64,000 nt of DNA from Lingula anatina (GCA_051362555.1 CM120642.1:29264001-29328000); one strand, 5' to 3'; shown: positions 12,959 through 25,895, numbered from the stretch's first letter. The notes: generated by a model not told the origin, from the letters alone. A program made the numbers and translations.

Positions 12959-15261
12959 TTGGAGCGCATGTTATATTTACAGTGATTGGTAGTCAGGGGC
13001 CAGTCAAATTCTGAATCAATTCAAGTTAAATCCTAAGTTGTCCACTTCTGAATCAGTAAAATAAGTATTGATATAAAAAGTTAGCCAAGTCTCTCAGCAT
13101 TTCATTTAATTGAACTGTCAATTTATTTTGTGTCAATGTGGACAAAAATGTATTTTTTTATTTTTATTTTATTTATTTATTAATTTTTTTTTGTGTGTGT
13201 GTGTGTGTGTGTGAAACATCATAGGGGATGAATATCTTACACCAAGATGATAGCAGGTATTTATATATATATAATGCACATTTGTTCATATGATATGAAA
13301 CTGAATATGGAATTGAAATTATATCCATTTATTTTATGTAAGAACAGATTAGATAATTCTACAGTATACACAGTTTAACAGTATTTTAGTTTTAAGCATC
13401 TCGTATAATGAACACATCTTGAAAACAATTGCAATTACACCTTTTTTTTTAAGTTTCTTTCAAGTCAATAGTTTAAGTGGAGTTTGACTGCACCCTTTCC
13501 ATTTTACCCAGTGATATGAAAATAAGGCATGTTATATAATACAAGAAATGATTTTAAATTTACCATCACTTTTACTGTTTGAATTTATTTATTTATTTTT
13601 TTCATTATTATCATTTTTTTTAAAGGCAAGGACTCAATCTGAATGCATTTTACTTTACCCAGGAATATACCAAAGATTTTTGTTTTGTAATATGTAGTTA
13701 GTGTTGCACACATTGGGGGTTTTTAATATGGGAGATTGACAATGGCAGGATTGAAATGCGAGAGGTGTTTTACATGGTGTTGTAGACAATTGTTATTAGA
13801 AATGGAGTAGCAATTATTAGTGGAATGGCAATGAATGCAAAGGCATTTGAGCTGGACTCTGAAGCTTCTAGTCGTGATTTTTATTATGATAAACAAGATT
13901 GGGATGTGTAAAACATATCTTATAGCCTTTTATTTGTTGTGAGTGTATATATTTATAATTGGATTTTTTGTTAAGAAATACTATCCCAACATCAAACATG
14001 CACAGCTGTGATGAGAGATATTCTTGGTGCTTTTATGAAATTTTATGATACTTCATATAATTAGTCAAAGTAACTTTGTCATAATATGACCATGATGACG
14101 TTATTTGCAGAGATTAAGGCTTCAATGGAGTTAGGATATAATTTTTAGATCTTAATTTCCAGGAAGAGGACAGTTATGGTTAGGAGAATGCTTGTTGTGA
14201 TATGAAATTCTCTTTTGAGTTTTTTTTTTTTTTTTAAACACCAAGATTTGTTCATCTTTATTTATTTTGTGATTTGTTTTTTGATTGCCATTTGAGATTT
14301 TTTTAGTTTTGAATTCAAATTTTGGTTGAAAAGCAAGCCTTTGAAACATCTTTTGAAAAAAAAAGAGCAGTCTCCATAAACTGCTTTGAAAAATTACGCA
14401 GGACTATTTTATTGCAGCTTGAGCAAAATACTTATACTGCATAGTCTTTTTGCAACTTTTTTCAATATTTAAAATTGATTGTGGAATCTTTATTCCCCCT
14501 GCTTAGTGCTGCCTTAAATTACATTAAATGTATCTCTTCTTTTTAAAGGCAAGAAGTGCATTTTTAAATGTTTACCTTTTAATTAAAGAAAAAAAAAAAA
14601 TTGATATCCTGTATGAAAATTTTACTTGTTTTCAATTCAAATTGTTACAATTTTTACAGTTTAGCTCACAGATAAGCACTATGTACGAGTATTCTCATTT
14701 TGAATTCTTACAAAGTAAAAGTCAACATCATATCATTACCTTACGTTGTGAGTCAATAAAGTTTGTAAAAGTCTGACATCGCTTTTTGGTATGTTTCTTG
14801 GCAAACCATCCGACATAACAGTTGAACCACAATTCCAGACCAATTACCATAATACTGATACACACCCATGCAAATGAATTCTGCTGGTAAGGCTATACAA
14901 ATCTTTTGCATCTTCCGTAGACTCAAAATAAGATGTGTGTATTGACAGCACCACAATAACTTAAAATATAGAAACATAATAATGGGAAAATGCTGCTCTT
15001 CAGCATCCTTCAAACCTAACCTTACTATGCTACCTGACCAATGCGTGGGATATCAATAATAACCCAAAACGGCTGTTACGTAAAATGGTCTGCAGCACTT
15101 TATAATGCACCTTCAACTCATCGAAATGTTGAGCTAAAAACTGTCCAATCATGAAGTTCACACAGAATCTTGAAACCATGATTGTACTCCAGATAATTTA
15201 CCATACTTATATTCGATTCCTTGGAAGATATCTTGGGAAGTATTTCGGATGGAACACTACT

Positions 15262-18200
15262 CTAGGACTGGTATAGACTTTGAAGGAGTAAATGTTTGGA
15301 CTGCTGGCACTTGTCAAGTCTTTCATGGGGCCTGAAAGTGAATAGATGAGATTTTAGTGAATAGGTAAAAACGTTATACATTAATGTTGAATTTCAAAAA
15401 GGGAGTCACAATCCCTTGAGTCCATATGGCCTTACAAGCTACACTATGAACCATGGCTTGTATTTTTAACACACAAAAAAAAAAAAAAAAAAATCTGGGT
15501 GATAAACATTTGACGTTTTCTAAAGCAGAACATAAATGTGTTTTATATGAAAAATACATATACAATATTTTAAATAATGTTTATCATCACAGCATTATTA
15601 TACAACAAAATGAACTTATATGAAATTATCATTATAATTGATGGTACAATAGCCACCAATCCAGAATCTATAAACATCTATGTAATACTTAAGAAATAAA
15701 TAAAAAGCATCCCACCTCTTACCTATCGAAGATGGTGTATAATATCTCTTACCTGCCAAAGAACACTTGCAATATATCTCTTGCTAATTTAGGGAAGTAT
15801 GACTGTTTGACCACATGGGATAAAACCAGCATTGGACCACTTGGGTCAGCCACCGGCTTTACTTTGTCTTCACTCTGAATAGGAAAACAAATGACAGGCC
15901 AAATCAAATACACCCACACTAACAGAAATCAGTCACAAACTTTTGACTTTTCTTTTATTAATTTGCTCAATGAATGTACATCATACATTTCTCCTTTTAA
16001 ATTGATTGAAATGAATCTCTCATAGCCTAGGTAAAAATTAATTGATGTAAACTTCCAGAGGACAATCTGTAGTTTTTTTTTTTATTTTCATCACCAGGCA
16101 TGTTGTCAATACCAGTCATTTTATTTTCTCTTGTTTCCTTAACAGTTTATCATTTCATGCTTCATATAACGCCTGACATTGCCAAATCTAAATTCAACTG
16201 TCAGTTTCTTTTGAACTGGCATCCTCCTCTTCCAGTAGTTAGATGACTTTATATGAAACTAAATGCACCAACTTGCATTTTGATGAAATAAAAAGAAAAC
16301 AGTAAATTCAAGAGTAAAGCTACCAAGAAGAGATTTACCTTCAGCAAACCTATGTGTACAAGAATTGAGTTTGAGATGGTAGCCGTGGTACTTTCATCTG
16401 TACCACGTAACAGCTTTCCTAACAGAGAATCTGAAAACAAAAAATATATTGCATAGGAATGACTTTTGAAAAGAAGCCATTGTGATATTGAAAAACAAAT
16501 GAACTTGACCAAAAAATTGAATGCAACAAAAGCCTAGGGTACTAACAAAAGCCAAGAGACTGAAGTGCAAATAGCCCAATATAAGGTGCTTAACAATACC
16601 TAATGATTCAAATGCCTATCCATACCTGCGATTTCATTGACAGCATTTTGTGCTTTAGTATTTTCTGAAGACACCACACATGATATCTGGAATTTAAAAT
16701 CAAAATTTTGGAATATCACAAACAATACGATAAAATTGATATCTTATTTGCTACTTCACACTATCTACAAGCACTAAATGTGTACTATTAGAAATTTGAG
16801 GTGCATGCATGTTACACTCTGCCCACATGCTTTGTAATAATTCATAAGAAATTTGATGTGTGATGATGATAAGTGCTTTAATCTCACTTAACTTCCATGA
16901 TTTCAATTTGACAGTCTAGCAAGCTTACCTTCATTAATGTCTGGATACATTTATCTGTGTTGTTAAAGTCTTTCTGTAAAACAAACAAAATTTGACCAAC
17001 TGAAGCAAAGCTTTTTTTTCCAAAAAATATACAATGTACAGCATCAATTAAAAATCAAATAAAAACAACTTCAAGTGTTGTAACCTATTCCAAAAATTCA
17101 CTAAAAAAAATTTAATGTACAAAGTAAACAGTGAACTCTAATAACCAGACATAGATGTCAATGCACATATCTCACCTCTATTTCTGTCATAATCTTTGCA
17201 GTTCTATCAGAACCCAGTGAAATCAACTTAGGTGCAGTAGGCAACTGTAAGAATTCTGTTACACTGACAGGCTGAAAAAAATTTAATGCAAACTTTTTAG
17301 CACTGGGAGAATACACACACACAAACACACGTATCATTTTAAAGATGCTACACATATGTCATCTGGTGGCATCACTGACATACTAACACCACCACACTAC
17401 CACTTTCATTTGTCCACTATGAAACATTAATCAAGTGCATTTTTAGTTTTACAATGCCAAGGTCCAATTGGACTATGATGGCTTCATTCAGATCCGCTAG
17501 GTGCAGATATCTGAAGGCATTCTTCAGAAATTTGAAAATTCTCAACATTCACATTTAAATTTTATATCCTGCAAAATTTTTACGATTCCCAATTCAGACC
17601 TTCACTTGAAGGCAATGAAACCCTTTAAATAAAAGTTTATATGGAGCAGACCTCAAGTTGTTATTTTCTAAGCAGCTACAGGGCACAGGACCTTGATACA
17701 AAACACCTAGCCATTTTCTTATGGCACATGTCCTTCCAAGTGAATGGCCAGTAATTTAAACTATGATATTCATAAATTATTGTACAGCGTCTTACAACAA
17801 GTCAAACTACGAGTTCTATATTGTTAAAGTGATAATAACTCTTCGTTTCGGCCAAAAAATGAATTTTCCTGGAGTAAACAACAATTTTCCCATACTTACC
17901 AATGGTTAATGAATCCATTTTTACATTCAAAGTTAGTGCCTGGTTTTTTTCTAAAAAGTTTGGTTTTTTGTTAAAATCTCTTAAGAGATTTTAACAGAGT
18001 ATAGCCATCAATGGAGGTCACGTGGTCTAAAGACAAGCTCAGATATCAGAATAATAGCTATAACTGCCATTTTTGTGGTAAAACAGAATATATTATATTT
18101 CTATGAGTTATTCACAATGTTTTTATTGTGAAATATAGATCTCATACGAAGAGTTATTATCCCTTTAAGTTAAAAGCTCAGTTACCTTTGACTTTCAAAT

Positions 18201-21200
18201 CATCATGATAAAATATGAAAAAGAACACCAAATTGCAATGAGAGTTCAGGAATTTTTTTACTTTCATTACTCTCTTCCCATCAATTACATCATAATATAT
18301 TGTAATATATTTGACAATTTCTTTTTTCATGACAGGACTATAAAAATGAATATTATAGTATACTTAATCAACTGACTCTTGATAAACTGCCTAGTAATAT
18401 AAAATGAAGAAGTACCTAAAAATAAGACTTATTTTATAAAAAATCATAAAATATAAATATTATATTTTGCATCTGGCCAACAAAAGATCTTTAAATGTGA
18501 AAATAGTTTCATTTCAATTACCAAAAGATTATTAATTTTCAGTCATCTCTTCATAATGAAAATTATTCTGATAGACTTCCATTTGCACAAAAGCCAATCT
18601 ATATATAACGTACTCCATCTCTTGGTACTACACGTCTTAAAATTTTTCACCCTCGGCAACTGTGAATTTCTACTTCAGTCAGATCCTCATCTCAAAATCT
18701 TGTAGACTCTTTATCGTTTAAACAAGTTTCATAAATATTTTCATCAATTAAAACATCCTGCACAATATAAAATAAACAATCTCCAATAATGATAAAAACT
18801 GACAGTGGGAAAATGTCTCTTCTTGGCCTCTGGGGAAAGTCTCTCTTTGTCGCAATGGTTGCCCAAAAGCTATATGATTATCACAGTGGCGCAGGTAGTC
18901 ATCCTGTATTTCTGACGGACTAGATTTCTCTCCTCCTTATAGTTTCAGCTTTTCAAGCTCTTCAGCCAGATCTGGCGAGGTCTGAAAATATTTGATGAAC
19001 AACACTTATGTTGTGTCACTTCAGTTTTGAACGCGTTGCACTATCCCCATTACAATGCTAACTGGTAGCTGATCACAGTCTATATTGTCATTAATATCAT
19101 CACTTCTTTCAGACCTCACCATATCTCCTGACTTTCTTGTGACTTTGGTAATTAACCTCTAGTTTGAAACATTTTACTTATTTTAATACTTCAATTGAAA
19201 GTTTTATCTTTTCTTTCTCTAAAACATACTTTCTGGCATAGAGCAAACTGACGCCTTTGGGAACCTTCCTTTTCATAATTTTAAAGTGTTACTTGCAGAG
19301 CAGTTTTGGGACAGACAATCATCATTTATTTTTCAATTCAGAGAAAAAATACTGTATAAGTTTTAATTCTGAGTGAATCCTCACACACACAGTATCCAAT
19401 AAGCATTCAGGTAGTAAGTGCAAAGTGTATGATCATATTTAAGATCAAAATGAAATAGTGCAATTTAAAATATCTAAAAGGGGAATCAATACTTTTAAAA
19501 AGTTTTCAGAAAAAAAAGACAAATTTCAGAGACATTTCTCTCATTATTTAACTCATTTTAGAAGCAAATACAGACAACAGGGCACATTGGAAAAAACCAA
19601 ATTGCATAAACATGACAAGCTACCAGTTAAGGTTCTGGCTTAACAAGGCCTGCAGATCAGCCATTTGCCTTCTCATAAACTTTTTATCACATGAGAGCAC
19701 ATATTTGTACATCCAACCAGACAACAGTCATGTAAACTGTTCACAAATTTAAACACCTCATACTTTATATAAATATTTAATCTTTCAATATTTCTCTTTT
19801 ATAGCCATTCAGAATTTTGAACAACAATTTTAGTAGTTATAGCAAATCTTTGTAAGGAAAATGAGACTGGACAGTAACATTACATGAAGACAGCAAATGC
19901 TCGTCTCTCACCTTCATGTCCTCAGGTCTTGGTGAGATTGCCGTTCCCTTGACTTGTAAGTTCGGATCACAGATTTCAAGACCTTCATCATCATCATCAT
20001 CTTCTTCTTCTTCTTCCTGTCAAACATCAGACAAGAGTAAGAGTTACTTCATTGTCTATGCTCATCATCTATGATTTTTATAATCAGTGCTTGCCAGCAT
20101 GCATGACATGTAGATTTTCTGAAGGTTCAGTTAAAAGCTTTAGTGAATTTCTGAAATTCAGTTCAAAGATATTTGGTACCTGTCTACTGGCATCCCCTTC
20201 TTCATCATCTTCATCTTCATCATCCCCTTCATCATCACTGAGGGATGCCAAACAGTCTAGCCTTCCCATAGCTTCTAGTGTTCCTTGTATTAACTCAACG
20301 CCTTCCTCTCCCAGCTGATTGCCTGAAATACACGAGAAGAAACTGTATATAATGCACTAAGAGACCAGGGCCCGTAACTTGAAAGCATCACGCATTGGGA
20401 CCTAGCTCAAGCGCCTCAATTCCATAACTCGCCCATACTCGCCCCATATAATACACTGTAGCCTCTATGTGATATTGCTATTTGCAATACGCGATGCTTT
20501 CGAGTAATGGGGATCAGCTGATAGGGAAGAAGCGAGATTGTTCAACTTCTAAAAGGGCAGGCCTGATAAAAAAATGATCCCAGCTGAATGGAAATCTGCA
20601 GTCACAGCTGTCTGCCTGAATATGACCTGAATATGTCGTAAGAGCACATAAAATACCTTGAAATTCATGAAAACAAGTATCTAGCTCTTTAGGTTTTATC
20701 CAACATCAAAATGTTCCACCTGTATAGATTTTAAGACGTTTTCATCTTTCTTAAAATCTTACTACTTGTTTTTCACATCTTTTGCAAATCACTAATACTC
20801 ACCATTTAAATCTAGTTTTTCCAAGCATCCTTTATTTTCCACACATTCTGCAACTTCATTTGCAGCATCTTTGTTTATTTCATTAAAAGATAAAACCAAC
20901 TCCTGAAAAAATATGTAAAATACTGGCTAATTCCAATTTAAAAACCAATCTGAGGGTAAAATTGAAAAAATATGAAAATGTCAAAATTTGGCTGGTTTTT
21001 ATCTGACTTATAGGGTCAAGTTGTTGGTCACATTTCACTGAAAAAAAAAATGGTTCCAAAAATTTTTCTCTGAATAGTCTGTGAACAGTCAATTATTAAC
21101 ATCATACTCAAAGTGCCAAAAAGAACATAACTGCATTTTCCACTACTGAAGAATGCCAAGTTTTAAACAATATTTTTCAAACAACATTTAGAGAATGTCC

Positions 21201-23969
21201 GTTAAAACACTGTCCAGAACAGAAATGTTCTAACACTGGCCAAATTGCAAGTGTGTATATTTTCAGCCTTAGATTGTTCTCAACTAAAGATTATTTACCT
21301 TCAGTTTCTTGTGGCCTTCTTGCAATGCTGCAGCTAATACCCTGGCACCCCCAGATCTTATTAAACAGTCTCCAAAATTGATGACTTCTAAGTTCTGGAC
21401 ATGTTTTAAAGCCTGAATACAAAGAGAATGGGATCTTAAATATTATATATCCATTAATCCTTATACTAGATAGTATAAAATTTCCAATGTATAATATTGC
21501 TCTAAATTCTAAGGTATAGATTGGCTATTGGACAAAATGTTTATTATGTCAAAGTTCTGCAAAACTTTTTCTTACAAGGAATTCCAAAGTGCTAAATCAG
21601 TTTGTATTTCACCAGAAGTTCTGAAATCTTACATGCAACTTTACTATTATCAGCAAGCTAAGGGCCCTCAGAGAAATGACCTTGCTTTGCAAATTGTAAG
21701 AAGAAGAAGGGAAGAAAGAAAAGATTAAATCTACGACCTTTAGACCTGTTTGGTACTCTGCAGGTAAAAAAGATATCCAAGAAAATGACAATTTTGCTTA
21801 CATTTTACTTATAGGCAGGAGACTGGCACTGAGTAGAAAGTGTTTTTCAATGCTATCATCACAGAACAGTGAGACAAAGCAACTCCCAACCACTCACCTT
21901 AGCCATTGACTTTGCTCCAACCTCTGTGAAAGTGTTATCATTCAGGTTAATTATTCTGAGATTTTTATTGACGGTGAAGGCTTCAGCTAGTGCTGTGATG
22001 CCCTCGTGGTTGATGCCATTCTGGGGCATCTGGACCTCCTCTAAACTACCCATTATCTGGAAACAGAATTTACAATCCATTTCAGATAGCATGAAGAATA
22101 TTATTATAGGTCATTAAAACACAATTAATGCCCTGATTTAATAAAAAAAAAAACTACCCTGGAACTTTCTGTCTCATACACGTCAGTTGCGATCTTCAGG
22201 GGCAAACAACCTCTCTGCATGAGGTTCATTTGCTCAAACGCAAAAGTGAACATAGCGAAAGACACATAATTGACACTTGCTGGCTATCAAAACCTTGTGA
22301 AATCATCCTCAGAAGGCCTTTTGGAAGGGTTATGTAAAAGTTACTAAACATTCTCATTTTTAATTTGTTGCAGTAGTATAATATTACAGATAAATATTGT
22401 TGTCACTGAACAACCTATATCCTAATTCTGCTTTAATCAATCTAAAACTGGTTCCCTATACACTGTTCATAAAATACCTTTTAGTGTAAAATTTTATTAC
22501 TAGTATCTTATTCACAATATCATATTCATCTATCAGGATATTGCCATATTATACCTTGAAAGCTTCAGCCAGGGCAATGGAGCCTTCATTCTCTAACCTC
22601 CCCCTTCCTGAGAAGAACACCCTCAAGGCCAGGGGGGCACCTGCTGCACTGCTGGCCTTGGAACACTCCAGTAACGTCTTTGCCAAGATCTACAACAAAA
22701 CACAATATGCTAATAGAATATTTGGGAGGATTTGTGTGCCTTCAGTAGCACTGAAAACTCAGTGAAAAAGCTTCCAGAAACCGAGCGCACAAGAAAAGTC
22801 TACGATTCTACTAACCAAAGCAGAAACAGTGTCTTCACCAGAGTAACTGGACAAATAAACAACATGTTACTGGCCCAGCTTCACATTCTATTGGCACATT
22901 CAGTGTGTCACCAGTGTGAACAACTCTGCCACTCTGTAAGACGTTGCCCAGCAATGGCAACACACTATCTCGGGATGTATTTTTTTAAAAAATATTTTAC
23001 CGGATTTTTACAGCAGGTAAAACAATTTTGTGTACATTCTAATACATGTACAATGGCTGAGAACACTTTATAATAATTATTATTATTACCTTCCCTCCCG
23101 TGACACCCAGACCATTGTTATTCAACCTCAGCTCCTTTAACGTGTAACAGCTTTCACTCTTCAGCAGTTCCACCACCCCGTTGATGCCATGGGGACCAAA
23201 GGCATTATCACTAAGATCCAGCTCCACCAGTTTGGCACCGGCTAGCATTATACCATTACTGAGATACATCTGAAAGGAAAACATGGAATTGATTTAACAG
23301 GGAAACATGAAAAATATATGACCAAAACACTGACAATACTCCTGCAATTACTGATGCAGTGATTTCTTTTAAAATTTCAAAACAAAAGGGAAGAACTCTT
23401 CGTGCCAACTTTTTTTCTTGTAAAAGGAAAGTACAGCAATGAAAGATAAAAGATAATGTATTTTTAGAAAATTTCTTCACACTTGACATAAAAGAAATAT
23501 AATTTTAAATAACCATTTTTTAAATTCATACATCTTTTTATTATCTCTATAGTAAAGATATCACAAAAGTTCAACCTTGAAGTCAAATAACAAGTGCAAA
23601 AAGATAAAACAGCAAAATGGCCTGATCCTAGTAAACACTTGAAGAACATAAACCAAAAACCTAAAATGATCAAAACTGAACAGAGAATTACCAATGCTTG
23701 GGGTATTTCTGTCTTTAGTCTTCCAGTAAACATGTCACTCCACAAAGCACGTTCAAACTCTGGGTGCTTCTCCAAACCCTTTGATATGGCTTTGGCTGCA
23801 TCGACGCCCAGGGTGTTCCCGTCCATACGTAGTGCTTTCATTGACTTGAACTGGACGATAGCATCGGCAATTTCCTTGGCTGAAATTGTAGAATTGTGAG
23901 TCATGATAAGACCATTCTACTTATCTATTAATGCACAACTGGAGGTTTTCTCATCGCTTGCCGTTTCCA

Positions 23970-24016
<47 letters not shown>

Positions 24017-24423
24017 TTTCTGGTGTTTCTATATCCGTAATTTATGTTAATTCAGTAATGACAGTATTCACTGGGAACACGATCAGATTTAAAATAGATT
24101 TTCAGTCAATCATCATTATAACAAAAGAATATTATTGATTACACGTTCAGGTGCCCCCTCTAACTACGTTTCATTAAAAATTTTACACAAGTCATCTGAA
24201 AAAAATAATAACAGAGCAAAGTGTACAATATCAACAAAGACCAAAATGCTGACATGACATACAGACATAACAAGTAATTAAACGTGGGTCAGCTGGCCGT
24301 CTTACCATCGTCTTCGGTATCAAGTTTACGTCCTTGCCCAGCAAAACTGAGGATACTCGATTCTTCGACAGAGGCCTTGGCCAACCTGTCTGTAAGCTGA
24401 TTTAAATCAGCACCGGCCATCAT
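15262..24423 (-). CDS. RANGAP1: Ran GTPase-activating protein 1, complete, 15 coding exons, about 575 aa
   Basis: Exons (minus strand): 24306-24423, 23692-23879 (GNTLGVDAA...[14 protein letters not shown]), 23090-23269 ([10 protein letters not shown]), 22555-22689, 21898-22056 ([13 protein letters not shown]), 21299-21412 (NFGDCL), 20803-20902, 20180-20322 and 19912-20016 (acidic tract), 17176-17271, 16929-16973, 16626-16686, 16339-16430, 15753-15874, 15262-15331. The SUMO motif GLLK|SEDK spans an intron. All splice phases are consistent. Confidence 0.97.
17828..18164. mobile_element. 337-bp MITE with TTAA target-site duplication (Kolobok-like)
   Basis: TTAA at 17824-17827 and 18165-18168. 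The 19-bp TIRs AGTGATAATAACTCTTCGT / ACGAAGAGTTATTATCCCT match at 18/19. AG...CT termini with a TTAA TSD fit Kolobok. Confidence 0.8.
18937..18981 (-). CDS. RANGAP1: Candidate alternative terminal exon of RanGAP1 encoding [14 protein letters not shown]-stop (NES-like)
   Basis: Acceptor TATTTTCAG at 18982-18990 (minus strand), phase 0, matching the donor after exon 19912-20016. It gives 14 sense codons then TAA. The peptide fits L-x3-L-x2-L-x-L. Confidence 0.7.
   Translation of the reverse strand, partial: TSPDLAEELEKLKL
20371..20511. mobile_element. Small MITE-like inverted-repeat element in RanGAP1 intron
   Basis: CCCGTAACTTGAAAGCATCACGCATTG versus CAATACGCGATGCTTTCGAGTAATGGG: imperfect 27-bp inverted repeat. 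Confidence 0.55.
23971..24013 (+). repeat. Poly-A tract (about 43 nt) in RanGAP1 intron 1
   Basis: Uninterrupted A run. Confidence 0.9.
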
Positions 24424-24730
24424 GCAACTCAGGCCGACAAGAAAAGTTTAAATTAAAATGTACTCTAGTCAACAAATGAAGTCCATGCGCCGGTGGGAAT
24501 ATGGCGGCTTCTTTCGTAGTTCAAAGTGCCCGGATGCCGAGGTCAAGGTCGTGATTTATTTTTAGAAGCGAGGATATCCCTTGCACAACACTGTGACATT
24601 CGCTGTTTGCACAATATTGACTCAATAGAATCACTGGTATATATAGCAGTTCTCTACACAGATCAGAATAAGAATACACCCGACGATGATTATATGAAGG
24701 GATTGGGAAATTGGTTCATCTTTGAATAAG
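24424..24730. promoter_or_regulatory. Putative bidirectional promoter between RanGAP1 and the small HEAT-repeat gene
   Basis: CpG-richer segment between divergent genes. YY1-like motif AATATGGCGGC at 24498-24508. Plus-strand donor AAG|GTACGT at 24730/24731 suggests a 5' non-coding exon of the plus-strand gene. Confidence 0.6.
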
Positions 24731-25057
24731 GTACGTAAAACTGGTGTAAACTGAGAAACCAAGTGAAAATAAAGTGAAAGTGTCAGTAATATTTAATGTT
24801 AAAGAAAATAATTGAGAGAGCTACCACTGCTAGCAAGATTTTTCCTCTTAAGTGTTGAGATGCAATGCAGTTAACGTTGTGGCAGACACCATCGCACTAG
24901 TTTTCCCTTTGTTTAAATTCAATTCTATTATTATAGATTTTTTCGGTTGAAATAATTGTTTATACTATTTTATATAGCAATTTATATACACATTTGGAAT
25001 AAGAATATATTTAATTTTCATCAGTTTGTTTACGAGTATACCAGTACACAGAAGAAG

Positions 25058-25895
25058 ATGACAGAATTATCCTCCAGAGAGGCACTTAGACTTTGTCAGT
25101 CTACTACAACGATTGAAACTATCATAGAGCTCACAAAGCACAGTGACCCATTGGTAAGATAGTTTTACCCCAATCCCCTTGACAACAATATTGGTCTGCG
25201 TGGATCGACCAAACTTACCAGTGCAATCAGCTCAAGTGACTGATACACCTCTTCTTGTTTCCAACGTATTCCTATAATTACCATCATTTATGAATTCTAC
25301 AAAAGTCTACAGAAGTCTCGTTTTTCAGTTTGTAATTTTATTTGATCTCTGTTGATGAAGTTGAATTATTTTGATAAATAATATTTAGCAGAAATTTTAT
25401 TGTTATTATTTAAGTCAAGTGTCAATTATGAACTTGACATGATTGAAAGACACAATTGATTTTGAAATGTTTATAATTTATTGAAACAATGATCTCTGGA
25501 AAGTAGTTCAATTGAGGTTTAAAAGTTCTGAAACCAGGTCATTTCACATCAAACAATTTTGCCCGTACATATTACAATTATTATTATATATTATATTTTC
25601 CATCTCTACTATGCTACAGGTACGTCAGAAAGCTCTTAAAGAAATGTGCCCATGCCGAGTGAAAAAAGATTTGGATGACTTCTGGAAGCGAGTTCTTGAA
25701 ATGATCGATGATGACGCAGTCAATGTCCGTCAGCAAGTATTACATACTCTGTGTGACGGTTCCCCTCAGCACCTAGAATTAGAGGTGGCAGACGCTCTGG
25801 ACATTTTTAACAGGGATTCTGACCCAAAGATAAGAAGGCAAGCTCACAAAGTCCTCACAACTTACTGGAAGACTGGAAAGTGGAATATTCTTTGA
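25058..25895 (+). CDS. Small (about 123 aa) uncharacterised HEAT/ARM-like repeat protein, 2 coding exons
   Basis: Exons 25058-25153 and 25620-25895 join in phase 0: MTELSSREALRLCQSTTTIETIIELTKHSDPL|VRQKALKEMCPCRVKKDLDDFWKRVLEMIDDDAVNVRQQVLHTLCDGSPQHLELEVADALDIFNRDSDPKIRRQAHKVLTTYWKTGKWNIL. Three HEAT-type D-x-x-VR motifs (DPLVRQKA, DAVNVRQQV, DPKIRRQA). Confidence 0.85.

Noticed and set aside
23971-24013. Long poly-A as the tail of a retroelement
   Set aside because: No adjacent SINE/LINE body or target-site duplication was seen; similar homopolymers are common throughout the window
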